64,000 nucleotides of DNA from Amoebophrya sp. A120 (taxonomy: Eukaryota; Protista; Dinoflagellata). How positions within the stretch are numbered: position 1 is the first letter of the stretch; the number at the start of each line of letters is the position of its first letter. The notes below the pieces were generated by a model. That model was not told the DNA's origin, searched no databases, and was given only the letters and a program-made list of their open reading frames with translations. The DNA lies in assembly GCA_905178155.1 (NCBI GenBank), contig CAJINV010000014.1, positions 1,040,393 to 1,104,392 on the forward strand, given 5' to 3'. Shown piece after piece: positions 33,591-45,125 of this stretch. The position numbers were made by a program, and so were the translations under genes.

Positions 33591-34897
33591 CGACCTTCCA
33601 GAAGCAAAGTGCTGCTAATGGCGGCAGCCAGAAGTACCACCGGCGAAACACCTCTGTACTAAATCATTATCATGTGCATAAAGATTTTCTTGCACGACCC
33701 ACACGACCGGCGTTGCGACAAACCTCGTATTCATCTCTGCCATGTTGGCTTCTTCCACCTCTTCAAAGTGGAACAGATTTGTTTTGTGTTTTGCAAAAAC
33801 AGCAGGATAGGTGTAACTTGCAACATCGGCAAACCTGATTCATTTTTTCTGATTCATTTTTTCTGATTATTTTTTTCTGTGCTATCTTGTTTAACATTGT
33901 TCTTTTTTGCGCATTGCTTTTCACACATTATCAAGTCTGAATCGTCTTTACACCCAAACAAAAGTATCAAATTTTGAGCAGCGAGATTTTAAGAACAAGT
34001 ACTTCAACAGTTCCTCCAAGGTAGTAGTTCAAAAAAATTTTTCCGTAACAAACCCAGACCTTTTCACAGCAAGGTAAAGCTTCAACTTTTTTTAGACTTT
34101 CAAGCGGTTTTTAACAACAACATAACTTTCACGAGCCGGATACATTCACGTCTCCTTTTATTTTTACTTGATCGCTTCAGCTTCTCCAACTTGCAACACC
34201 TTCGATTTTAGAGTTAACTTGTTCAGCAGTAGCACTAGAAAGCAGGCATTGTTTTTCTCGTTTTTCAAAGCAGGTCCTTTTTCAGAAGCCAAACCAGCTC
34301 CGCCAAGTTGTGGCTTTTATTGAAGTTGCGCTAGACACATGAGAAGAAGCGTCACTTTGCTTTCAAGCGGTTCCATTTGACCATCCTCAAAAAGCACAAA
34401 CAAGAACAGGATGTAGCGCTTGCTTTTTTTCAGTTTGGCATCAGATTCAGACCTACATTTTTTCATGTGATCAACAATTTTACTACAGTTTTATCATACG
34501 TCCTCCAAGAGCAAGAAGTAGCCCTTCTCACTCTTTCTCTTGTTTGGCTCTCCCCAGCACTTTTCGTTTTCGATTTTATATGCGTTAGTTTAACAAGTCA
34601 CAAAAACCTATCTGCAACGCGCCACTGAGTGCCTGTTTTGTGTTATGTGATCCCCCAAAGCACCTTCGCCAGATGTTAGTGCGGAAAAAAGACGAGTTTT
34701 GCACTACAAATGTGCGACCCACGACTATCATAGTGGATGTGGAGGTAAAGATCCGTCTTTCCGTCCCATTGAAGAATTTGCTCATGAGCAATGTGATTGT
34801 CGGTGCAGCAGAGCCGCCGGTGAAGGGAAAAGTGTCTCGTTTGCGAACCGTCAGCAGCATCCCTGCTCTCTTCGCACTCGAACGACACACGCACGCA
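33591..34897. repeat. ~1.3-kb duplicated spacer (copy at 40080-41369)
   Basis: Near-identical sequence; ORFs 34377 and 40844 almost identical. Confidence 0.9.
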
Positions 34898-34930
34898 GGT
34901 AGATTTTCAAAACTTGTTTTGACACAACTA
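34869..34930 (+). repeat. 62-bp junction motif, copy 1
   Basis: tcttcgcactcgaacgacacacgcacgcaggtagattttcaaaacttgttttgacacaacta; 34869-35188 also matches 44975-45297. Confidence 0.9.
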
Positions 34931-35182
34931 CGTATATATTCGCATCCCAAGGTTGTTCCCCAGTACATTATCCCGCGCAGAAAAGATCAAAAGCCTACTG
35001 CTAAGAAAAGTACGGCCTCGTGGTGCCGCCCGATGCGGTTGCGAGAAAAGCAGATAGAACAAGAAGAGATTTTGTGTTCTCCTCGATCTTCGTGGCCCCC
35101 TTGTTCTGTGAGCCGCAGGACACGCCACAGGATCAACTTTCGAGGTTCCTCCTGGAGGACCAACGGATGCTAGCAGATGGGA

Positions 35183-36010
35183 TTTTGCAAGTCAGGCAAG
35201 ACAGATGGTCGCGTGACCCACGGCACGCATTACAAATAGGATCTTTTATTTCAGACCCAGACATATTTGCAGTCGATAGCACGTACCTCAAAGCGATTTT
35301 GGGTTTGGGGAAGGAAATCAAGGGCGAGATCAAGTGTCTACAGGTGGTGGACTGAGAAGTTTCTGCTCCGGCTCGTGCGGTGTAATTTTTTTGATTTATT
35401 TATTCCATAGACATAGTGGTCATGGTCATGGACCTAGACGTAGACCCGGCGCTTCTGGTTCTGCAAGGGAAATGAAATCCTTTTTTGAGTACGGTATTGT
35501 GGTTTAATGCTTGTTTCAACGTAACAAACTAGAACTACCCTGTAGTGATCTCCCTCTACTAGGAGGTGCGCTCTTGCAAAACAAACTTTTCAAAATGCAG
35601 TTTTTTTGTCTGTCTCCAAAAAACTGTTGTACCGCCGCACCAACGAGTGCGAGCATACCGAACGGTAATATTCTGATCTGTTGAGGAGGTGTCTATTCCC
35701 ATTCCCTCCACTATTTTCAGAATAATTCAAAAAGAAAAGTTTTTGATCAAGCAGATGACAATCCTTCTTTCAAGGATCTTTTGTCTACTTCCACGCAAAA
35801 TCGTCGACGAAGCATAGATACCAACGCCGCTGTCGTGGATCGTGTTCTTCGCGGCTGCATGGTCAATGGTGTAGTTGTGCTTTATGCTCGGTGTAGTATT
35901 TTGAGATTTTGTTTCTCGGTGTGATTTCTTTCGTACTCGTGTCGTTCCTCATCCTCAACGCCGTAGTCCGTCGTCGTCCAGATAAGTGACTCTTCGTCCA
36001 CCTTCTAGAT
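35183..36010 (+). pseudogene. duplicated 3' fragment of the 28522-30521 gene: right half of its introner (to 35278), last exon (35279-35355) and downstream spacer
   Basis: Matches 30343-31130; STYLKAILGLGKEIKGEIKCLQVVD vs STYLKAILDLEKEIEGEIKCLQVVD. Confidence 0.85.
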
Positions 36011-36464
36011 GTGTTGCTGCTCCTCTTGTACTTGTACCACGAGAAGCATCGGTTCGTGCGCGCGTTCCTGCCTTTGACAGTCGTGCTTGTCGTCTTTCCG
36101 CTTCGCGGTGCTGTACAACTGGGACTGACTTGCAGGAAGAACTGCGTTCCTGCCGTGCAGTGTCATGCCCTTCGTAGCTACTTTTGGTCTACTAGCTCTA
36201 CTTCAAAATGATGAATAAGTCAGGCTCAGGCAGACCTGCGTCTCCTGTTTCGTTCCCTCTTTTCGTTGCACTCACTTTTCGTTTTCTTAGAAAAAATTTC
36301 GCGGTCAGAACTCATCCAAGGTGGTCCAGTGGGACGTTTTCGCAGCAAGTACGGGCGCTCATCATTTAGATTGTGCCTCAATTCTCTTTCGTGAAGGTAG
36401 GACAATATATCAGCATAGTAAATACCAACCTAGTAAAACCCAATTTAGAAAAAGAGCGTCAACC

Positions 36465-39400
36465 ATGGCACTTTCGGGCAGCGCGACGTCGTCTTCGCTT
36501 CCGCGCTCCGACAGGGGGTGGCACAAGCAAGGAACAAAGAGTTTGAGAAGCAGGCTGGGGTCGTCTTTTTCGGTTTTTTTCATTCAAGCCACCGCGATTA
36601 CCGTGAAAGTGGTACAGAAAAAGAACGCGGGTCGTAGCGGGCGGGGGAGAGGGGCGGCAGGCTCGCCGCCCTTGTTGTATCATCCCCGGACAGGAAGAAC
36701 CGCGAAGTCGTCAAAGGAAGACCTCCGGCACAGCGTCGCAATGGTGGAGGACCCGAAGCGATTGCCGGACGACCGTGGGTCCTCGTCGTCTTTCCCTCGG
36801 TCGCGGACGAAAACGGATGCAGCCGGGAGGGGCGGCTTTGCGGAGCTTTCGGCTAGTGCCAAAACACAAAACACGGAGGAAGCCGACGACGGCGACGGCC
36901 GTTGTTTGCCCGCATACAAACATCACATGCTTTCGCACATGTACTGGGACAGCGAGGGGACAAATGACCGAGACTGGCAGGACACGTCGGGCTGGGAGGA
37001 TTGCCGCGAGAAGTGCAAGGACAGCGCGCTCTTCGCGGACGCCGCTAATGATCAGACAAAGCGGTGCGGCGCCTGGCACGCGTCCGTGCCCGAGGATTGG
37101 AAAGCTACGGACGAAGCCCAAGACCGACCATACGTGTATTGCCGCCACTACAACTTTGCCTATATCAAGGAGGCTCGAGCGGACAATCCCACCGCATTCG
37201 GGGATTTGCTGCCGACGCGGATTGACCCCGCGGGCGAGCCCTGGGAAGGGGACGACGCCCCGTTTGCCGACCACAACCCGATCGTGCATTGGAACGGGGA
37301 AGATGTGGGAGACACCTGGTACAGTGGGTATTGTATGCGTTCGCCGAGCGGACAGTGGACGGTTCCCGCTACTGGTGCAGAGAAGGAGTCAGAAATCGTA
37401 CCTGCCGAGGCGAGCCTCGCTACGGGTGAGGTTCCTCCCGCAGACTCGCTGCCGTGCGACAACTGGTTCGCATCCCTGTCCGATGTTGCAGAAGAATACC
37501 GAATCCCAAAGGCTCAGTGCAAATATTTTGATCGTTTGGCCATTTGCTCCGGGCTCACATGGGACAAGGACCAAACTTTTCCCGGGGCCCAGCAGCTCAT
37601 CACCAACAGTATGGACAAACCCTGCTCGGAGCAGTGCAAATGCAGCGACAGCCCACTAAATGTCGTCGAAATCATCTCGGTCCTCAATTTGCCCACGGTC
37701 GATGAGGATGAGAAGCGGCAGTGTCTGGAGCCCATCAAAGGTGCGCGTCCGGCGCGCGTGGGTGCCGCAATGTTGAACTTAAAGGGCGAAGCAGTGAAAA
37801 GTCCACCGGCCGCGACCCTTTCCGGGGCAGATACGGCACACGCAGACACGGAAGAGAAATGCAAGAGTGCGTGCTTCGACAAAGCTGAGTGTGTGGCCTG
37901 GCACTTTCAGATGGACCATATGCTGTTGTGTAAAAACGCGCCCACCCTTCAAGCAGAAGACCCGAAATTGGTGTAGATACTCGCTTGCTAGTACATGACT
38001 TCCACTGCCAAAAAAAGAAAAACGGCTTTGTCTACATGCATGAAACAAATGGGTTCGTAGCGTATTCGGGGTTACTTTGCGTGGTAGCATCACAAATCCA
38101 TTTACCCCTGTACGCTGGTGATTACACAGATTGTCTGACTCCGTAGTAAGCACTAGAGGAACTACACAAAAACCCACTAGTGGGGAGCCGCATGAGAAAC
38201 GGTTGCTATTCACATATCCCGGATACATCTGGGGTAGGTACGGTTTTACACAGGATGGACCACTCGGATTCGTCTGCAGAACCAGCAGGAGCGTCGTGTG
38301 CGCTTTGGACCGATGGGGAGGTCGTGACAGGCACGGATGTGCCACAAACTTCAGAGGAGTGCACGAAGCAATGCGCTGACAGCGACACGTGCCGCACAGC
38401 AAGCTTTGTTGGTGAACACTGCCTGTTCAAGTATGCAGGAAAGGAGTACTTGTGCGCTCAGGATACGAACTACGACGCCGCGACCTGCCCATCTCTGCTT
38501 CTGGACACCACGCAGGAAGGAGATGCGGGCTCGGCGGTTGGATTTTGCGTGCCTGATTTCCGGGAAAAAGGGACGCTTTCGCTCGTGTCCGATTCCGGGA
38601 CTTCAGGCCGTAGCTGGACGTATGGGGAGGAAGCAGGAGTGCCGTCGTGGTACGTGGACGGGGCAGCGCCCTGTCTCACAAAGTGTATCACGCCTGAAGA
38701 CGAGCCGAACTACACGTGCAAAGACGCGCGTCAAGGGCGATGCGACGCTGATGAGGACAGCACGGCAGCGCTCTCGCTACCCTGTGATTCGCGACGCACG
38801 CGCGATTCCTTCGAGCGCATGTACGATTCCTTCGGGCTTTTTGCGTACAATTTGCCGCCGGGGGGCGACACGCTTTATGCCTTTGCAGAAATGTCACATC
38901 ATACTTGTGCCGCTTTCGACCACCAGCGCAACTGCGTGACGGCCTTTGCTCCCCAGGACGACGACGGCGGTATTGCCGACCTCGTGGTGAACAAGCGTCC
39001 GAAAACACATCCGCGCGATATGTACGAGGCGGCCCAGATAAGCTTCAATTTGGGACTGAATGAATGTGCTCTGCAGTGTGGTTGCGTGACATGGCTTTCG
39101 TGTCCATCGACCGGCACCGATTCCAGCGGTGCGGCCGTCGCGTTCGAACTCGTGAAGGGGAAAAAGGTCCATTCCTCGGGGGCCTACAGTACCACGGACC
39201 TCGGGGACTCGGCCGACCTCGGTGCGTGCGCTGATCAGTGCGCGCAGGATGAGGAGTGCGCTGCGTTCTCGGGCCATCGGAGCGCCGTCGTGGCTTCCGG
39301 ACAGGGGGAGGCCGCGGCAGCCACGGCCACGGTACAATGCAGGCTGCACTCGCAAGCAACTGTGGATGACGCGGACCTCGTGACAGACATGCCAGCAGGG

Positions 39401-39859
39401 ATGGACAATGTGTTTTGCCGACGAGGCGTGCCTCAACTACCAGAGCGGCCTACGGCCACCTGTCCCGGGCAGGAAATCCAGGTGGGCACCAGCACGGCCA
39501 CTTTCGAAGCGAGTACGGAGGCAAAGACGATCAGCGCGAAAATGGCCTCCAGTCCGACCGACCAACAGACGGTGTCGCAGTGCGCGAACTTGTGCGCGCA
39601 GTCGCAGGAGCAGTGTGTCGCCTTCTCGTATGCGACGAGCGAACAGGAGTGCAACTTGCACAGCCAAAAAAATCTGGACGACGCCGCGGGTGCAGAAGCG
39701 GATCCGACGAAGATCTTGTGCGAAATGACGATCGAAGGGGACGATGGCTCGGGGAACGACGGCGAGGCGGAAAAGCCACCTTCGGTATTGCCCGTCAGTA
39801 ACGTCACCCCTACTACGACTAAAAAAAAAAATGCTTTCGCGATACTTTTGTCCAGGTAA
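36465..39859 (+). CDS. multi-PAN/Apple-domain Cys-rich protein B (~1,016 aa), 2 exons; 3' end uncertain
   Basis: ORFs 36321 and 38180 join after removing 344 nt; several PAN-like modules; last two modules nearly identical to protein A. Confidence 0.8.
37919..38257. mobile_element. introner (339 bp, imperfect TIR)
   Basis: tatgctgttgtgtaaaaacg ... cggttttacacaggatg; repeat gacca. Confidence 0.85.
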
Positions 39860-40079
39860 TACTGAGAGACTCTAGGGGGCAAAAAATACGTACTCACTAG
39901 TGATACATTGTGTGCAGGAGCTGCGCAGGAGAATACCCCTGCGAACAAGTTACCCGATGCAAGTTCGGCACCTTTTGCATGCCTAAGAGAGGAGGGTACT
40001 ATTTGAGTATGCGTCATGACACGAATGACAAATGTAGAGCGCTGCATGAAATTATCCCTTGATACTCCTCACGGACCTC

Positions 40080-41369
40080 GACCTTCCAGAAGCAAAGAGC
40101 TGCTAATGGCGGCAGCTAGAAGTACCACCGGCGATACGGCTCTGCACTATAAATCATGTGCATTTTCTTGCACGACCCGGACCCTCACGACCGACGTTGC
40201 GACACACCTCGTATTCATCTCTGCCATGGCATCTTCCACCTCTTCAAAGTGGAGCAGATTTGTTTTGTGTTTTGCAAAAACAGCAGGAAAGGAGGTGTAA
40301 CTTGCAACATCGGCAAACCTGATTCATTTTTTCTGATTAAGTTTTTCTGTGCTATCTTGTTTAACATTGTTCTTTTTTGCGCATTGCTTTTCACACATTA
40401 TCAAGTCTGAGTCGTCTTTACACACAAACAAAAGTATCAAATTTCGTGCAGCGAGATTTTAAGAACAAGTACTTCAACAGTTCCTCCAAGGTAGTAGTTC
40501 AAAAAAATTTTTCCGTAACAAACCCAGACCTTTTCACAGCAAGGTAAAGCTTCAACTTTTAGACTTTCAAACGGTTTTTAACAACAACATAACTTTCACG
40601 AGCCGGATACATTCACGTCTCCTTTTATTTTTACTTGATCGCTTCAGCTTCTCCAACTTGCAACACCTTCGATTTTAGAGTTAACTTGTTCAGCAGTAGC
40701 ACTAGAAAGCAGGCATTGTTTTTCTCGTTTTTCAAAGCAGGTCCTTTTTCAGAAGCCAAACCAGCTCCGCCAAGTTGTGGCTTTTATTGAAGTTGCGCTA
40801 GACACATGAGAAGAAGCGTCACTTTGCTTTCAAGCGGTTCCATTTGACCATCCTCAAAAAGCACAAACAAGAACAGGATGTAGCGCTTGCTTTTTTTCAG
40901 TTTGGCATCAGATTCAGACCTACATTTTTTCATGTGATCAACAATTTTACTACAGTTTTATCATACGTCCTCCAAGAGCAAGAAGTAGCCCTTCTCACTC
41001 TTTCTCTTGTTTGGCTCTCCCCAGCACTTTTCGTTTTCGATTTTATATGCGTTAGGTTAACAACTCACAAAACCCTATCTGCAACGCGCCACTGAGTGCC
41101 CGTTTTGTGTCGTGTGATCCCCCAAAGTAGCACCTTCGCCAGATGTTAGCGCGAAAAAAAGACGAATTTTGCACTACAAATGTGCGACCCACGACTATCA
41201 TAGTGGAGGTAAAGGTCCGTCATTCCGTCCCATCGAAGAGTCTGCTCATGAGCAATGTGATTGTCTGTGCAGCAAGGCCTCCGGTGAATGGAGAAGTGTC
41301 TCGTTTGCGAACCGTCAGCAGCATCCCTGCTCTCTTCGCACTCGAGCGACACACGCACGCAGGTAGATT
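40080..41369. repeat. ~1.3-kb duplicated spacer, copy 2, ending in a truncated 62-bp motif (41333-41369)
   Basis: Matches 33591-34897. Confidence 0.9.
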
Positions 41370-41410
41370 GTTGAAGCAAGTGTCTTCAACACTCGCACTC
41401 GAGCGACAAA

Positions 41411-41812
41411 ATCGCCTCCAGTCCGACCGACAAACAGACGGTGTCGCAATGCGCGGACTTGTGCGCGCAGTCGCAGGAGCAGTGTGTCGCCTTTTCGTAT
41501 TCGTCGAACACACAGGAGTGCAGCTTGCACAGCGAAGAAAACCTGGACGGCGCCCCGGGTGCGGAAGTAGATCCGACGAAGATCTTGTGCAAAATGTTGA
41601 CTATCGAATCGGGAGGGGGGGGCGACGGCTATGTGGACGACGGGTCGGGGGACGATGGCTCCGGGAACGACGGCGAGACGATGGGTCGGGCACCTCCGGT
41701 ACGGCCCATCAGCGTCACCCCTACTACGACTCAAAAAAAATGCTTTCGCGATACTTTTGTCCAGGTAATACAGAGAGACTCTAGAAGGGGGCAAAAATTA
41801 CGTACTCACTAG
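41411..41812 (+). pseudogene. 5'-truncated third copy of the PAN gene 3' end
   Basis: SQCADLCAQSQEQCVAFSY...CSLH; 41411-42060 resembles 39541-40155; starts right after a partial junction motif. Confidence 0.8.
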
Positions 41813-42262
41813 TGATACATAGTGTGCAGGAGCTGTGCAGGAGAATACTCCTGTGAACAAGTTACCCGATGCAAGTTCGGCACCTTTTGCATGCCAAAGT
41901 GAGGAGGGTACTATTTGAGTATGCGTCATGACACGAATGACAAATGTAGAGCGCTGCATGAAATTATCCCTTGATACTCCTCACGTACCCCGACCTTCCA
42001 GAAGCGCGGTGCTGCTAATGGCGGTAACCAGCACCTGCGGCGAAACAGCTTTGTACTAAATCATGTTCCTTTATTTTTTGCACCGACACAACCGTGTCTA
42101 TCGAGAGGCCTGTTGGGTCCCGGAGGGCCTACTGGGACAAATTATGTATACGTCATCCTATGCCGACACACAACTCTTCAGACGGGACTAGACCTAGTGG
42201 GCAAAAGACAGCAATAATGTTGAAAGATGGCCCACGAGCGATCTGCTTGCAACATGCTGCTC

Positions 42263-42324
42263 TCTTCGCATTCGAACGACACACGCACGCAGGTAGATTT
42301 TCAGAACTTGTTTTACCACAACTA
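42263..42324 (+). repeat. 62-bp junction motif, copy 3
   Basis: tcttcgcattcgaacgacacacgcacgcaggtagattttcagaacttgttttaccacaacta. Confidence 0.9.
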
Positions 42325-43016
42325 AGTACTTACTTGCATCTACTAAGAGGAATTTTCTGGGAATTGGGAAAATTGAAAAAAATTCGTCCCTCCTTCGCTG
42401 CCCCGCTATATCAAGAAGCACCGTTGACACACGCTGCCCCGGTCGGATCTGTTCGCGCTACAGGGAGGGTGTCTGGATGTCCTTCCTGGGAAGGCCGCCA
42501 CCCTGTAGCCGTGTTGCACCAGGCCAATGCTATACGACTAAAAGCCCGGGCACCATGCGGCGGGGCGTCCCAGATTTAGCATTTGCAATGGGTAGGGGTC
42601 GCTTTTACCTAGGGGCCCCACGCCCGGCCCCTGCGCCTTGCAATATTTCGACGAATTGACGAAGGAGCACCCTAGCGAAGATGCCGCAGCCGGCCTCAAC
42701 TCAGGCACTTGGCTTGCGGACTCAGGTGCGGTTTCAGGTGATTCACACCACCAATCACGATGGCTCTGCGCGTTTTCAATTTTCCGGGAAAACTCGGAAG
42801 GGGGGGGCGGAGGGGGGGTCCGGAAGGGCCCGGAACGGGGGGGCGGTTTACGGGCTCCAAATCGTGTCCGTGCCGTCGTGCTTTCAATTTTCCGGGAAAA
42901 CTCCGAGGGCCCCCCCGCGGGGGGGTTCTGGGCCGCCCCCCTCCGGAGGCCTCCGCCCCAAAAAGTGGGCCACTTTCAATGCGAAAAAGTGGGGTCAAAT
43001 GAGGTTCTTTACGCTC

Positions 43017-43078
43017 TCTTCGCACTCGAGCGACACACGCACGCAGGTAGATTTTCAAAACTTGTTTTGACACAACTA
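43017..43078 (+). repeat. 62-bp junction motif, copy 4
   Basis: Ends 6 bp before the start of the duplicated temptin block. Confidence 0.9.
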
Positions 43079-43889
43079 AGTATATAATCGCTTTCCGAGA
43101 TGTTGAAGTTATTCGTACCTCCACCCCGCAGAGGACAAGAGTCTACTCTTCTTTCTCAACCCTCTGTCTATCACCCTCCTCGACTACGAAGATACTTGCT
43201 GGCATGCAACAGATTCTAACGGACAAAGTCGTCTTCTTTTCTTTTTCCCCCAGCCCCAATCCCCTCTCCAGAATAGTACAATGTCTCAGATCCGCTGAAG
43301 CATGCGATTGCTCTTCGATTTCGGCCAGCAGCGCAAGGCTCGCGAAAAAGCCGTTCTACTTGCGGTTTTTTTCTCCTCTGCAGTGGCCATGAGTACTACA
43401 TGCACAGCAACGAGGCACGTGCAAATTTGTCGTTCCGTCACTTTTGTGGTGCCATCGTTCAAAACAATCGTCCTGAGTCGTGCCACCCTCGTCTTCGTGC
43501 AAGCCCGATGTTCATAAATATGTCCGAAGAAGTAGAAGGCTTCTATGGTTCGCGTGCTGCCTTTCCACGTCTCGGCTGGCCGTTTTCGGCCATAGCGTTT
43601 TTTTTCGTTATTTGTTGGTAGGAAATTGAATCGGAATCCAATCGGATGTAAAGCTGCTCAAGTAGCACCAGGAAGAGTAGCACCCCTCTAGCTCTACTCG
43701 TTCTACCCGAAATATTTACACGCGAGCCGGCTTCGTCTCCTTAATGGAGAAAGAAAAGCACGATTCAACATCTTTACAAAGGCATAATTTTCTTGATTGA
43801 CGCATTGGCGAAGTTGTTCCATTCATTCAGACCGCCAGCAGTTGCAGTTTTCATTTCAGATTCGCTTGTTCTTCCCGGACGCGGCGGCC

Positions 43890-44860
43890 ATGATGACGCT
43901 GCGGCGCACACCAGTACGGAGATGTTATATCGCGAGTGCTTGTCGCGCGTTCTTCTGCGTCGACCCCCTCTGGTGCAGTCTATGGAACGATTCTGTCCTT
44001 CCTGCCGTCCGCGGCCACATGATGTACTTGAGAAGACTTCCTAACGGCGTCCAGCTGTATGACCTGCAGCGAGGTGGGGCCGACGTGGATGCGTCGGGCC
44101 AGCCGTGGTACCCGCGCAGGGGCTTGGGGCATGTAGACGGCGAAGGGGGGAAATTAGATGCTGCAAGACGCGGTAGCGGTTTTGGAGAAGATTTCAAGGC
44201 ACAGAGTAACAAGTACACCAGTAGCACGAGGAAAAATCTTCATCCTTCCGCCTCATATCAGAATAAATTGGAGTTGTATAGTAGGGACCTACTAGCATGA
44301 CGTGTGTAGTACATATTGCACAAGAATAAATCATTCTGATTATAATCCTGCCGGCAGATAATTCTGATTGAGCACTATGGGGATGGCGGTGGTTCTTTTT
44401 GCCTAGGATAACGAAGGAGTTTTGCGAACTCGACTCGGACGGCGACGGCATGACCAATGGCCTCGAGCTCGGCGACCCGTGTTGTGAATGGGATCTTGCG
44501 ACGTACGGGGATGCAACGGATTTATGGCCCGGCGGCCGGACCGATCTGTCGACCTTGACGCAGCCCGGCTTGGCGGACGAGAAAAGTGTCGTGGACGCGC
44601 AAAACGCACTGTATGGCAAGGCGGTGGTGTGCACCACGGAGACGGACCAGGGTCTCGGAGCGGCAGCCGCGGAGGGCACGGAGAGCACGCAAGAGCAGGG
44701 CGGCGGTGCGGAGAGTGGAGATTGGGCGGACACGGGTACTAGTGGCGGAAACGAGGAGCAGGGCAGCAGCGACACCAAGGGAGGGGCCGCGGGGGCGGGC
44801 GACACAAAATCGAATTCCAGCTCGAAGAATGAGGGCGGTGGCGGTTTCTTGTGCTGCTAA
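43890..44860 (+). CDS. temptin-domain protein, copy 2
   Basis: Near-identical to 26581-27551 and retains the same intron. Confidence 0.78.
44222..44410. mobile_element. degenerate introner-type intron, duplicate of 26913-27101
   Basis: Same sequence at offset 17309. Confidence 0.7.
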
Positions 44861-44974
44861 AGAAGTAGCAGACGTCGAATCATCATAGCATTTGACTACA
44901 TGATAAAAACCATGCTGCTCTCCTGACACGGGCATGTCCAAATACTTTTTTTCTCGAAACATAATTTTGGCAGT

Positions 44975-45036
44975 TCTTCGCACTCGAGCGACACACGCAC
45001 GCAGGTAGATTTTCAAAACTTGTTTTGACACAACTA
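44975..45036 (+). repeat. 62-bp junction motif, copy 5
   Basis: Starts 7 bp after the end of the duplicated temptin block. Confidence 0.9.
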
Positions 45037-45125
45037 CGTATATATTCGCATCCCAAGGTTGTTCCCCAGTACATTATCCCGCGCAGAAAAGATCAAAAGC
45101 CTAGTGCTGAGAAAAGTACGGCCTC

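Larger units (their letters stand above)
43085..44967. repeat. 1.88-kb segmental duplication, copy 2
   Basis: Matches 25776-27655. Confidence 0.95.

Noticed and set aside
34869-34930. 62-bp motif as a spliced-leader RNA gene because it contains cag|gtag
   Set aside because: No similarity to the dinoflagellate leader DCCGTAGCCATTTTGGCTCAAG; not supportable without 5'-end data.
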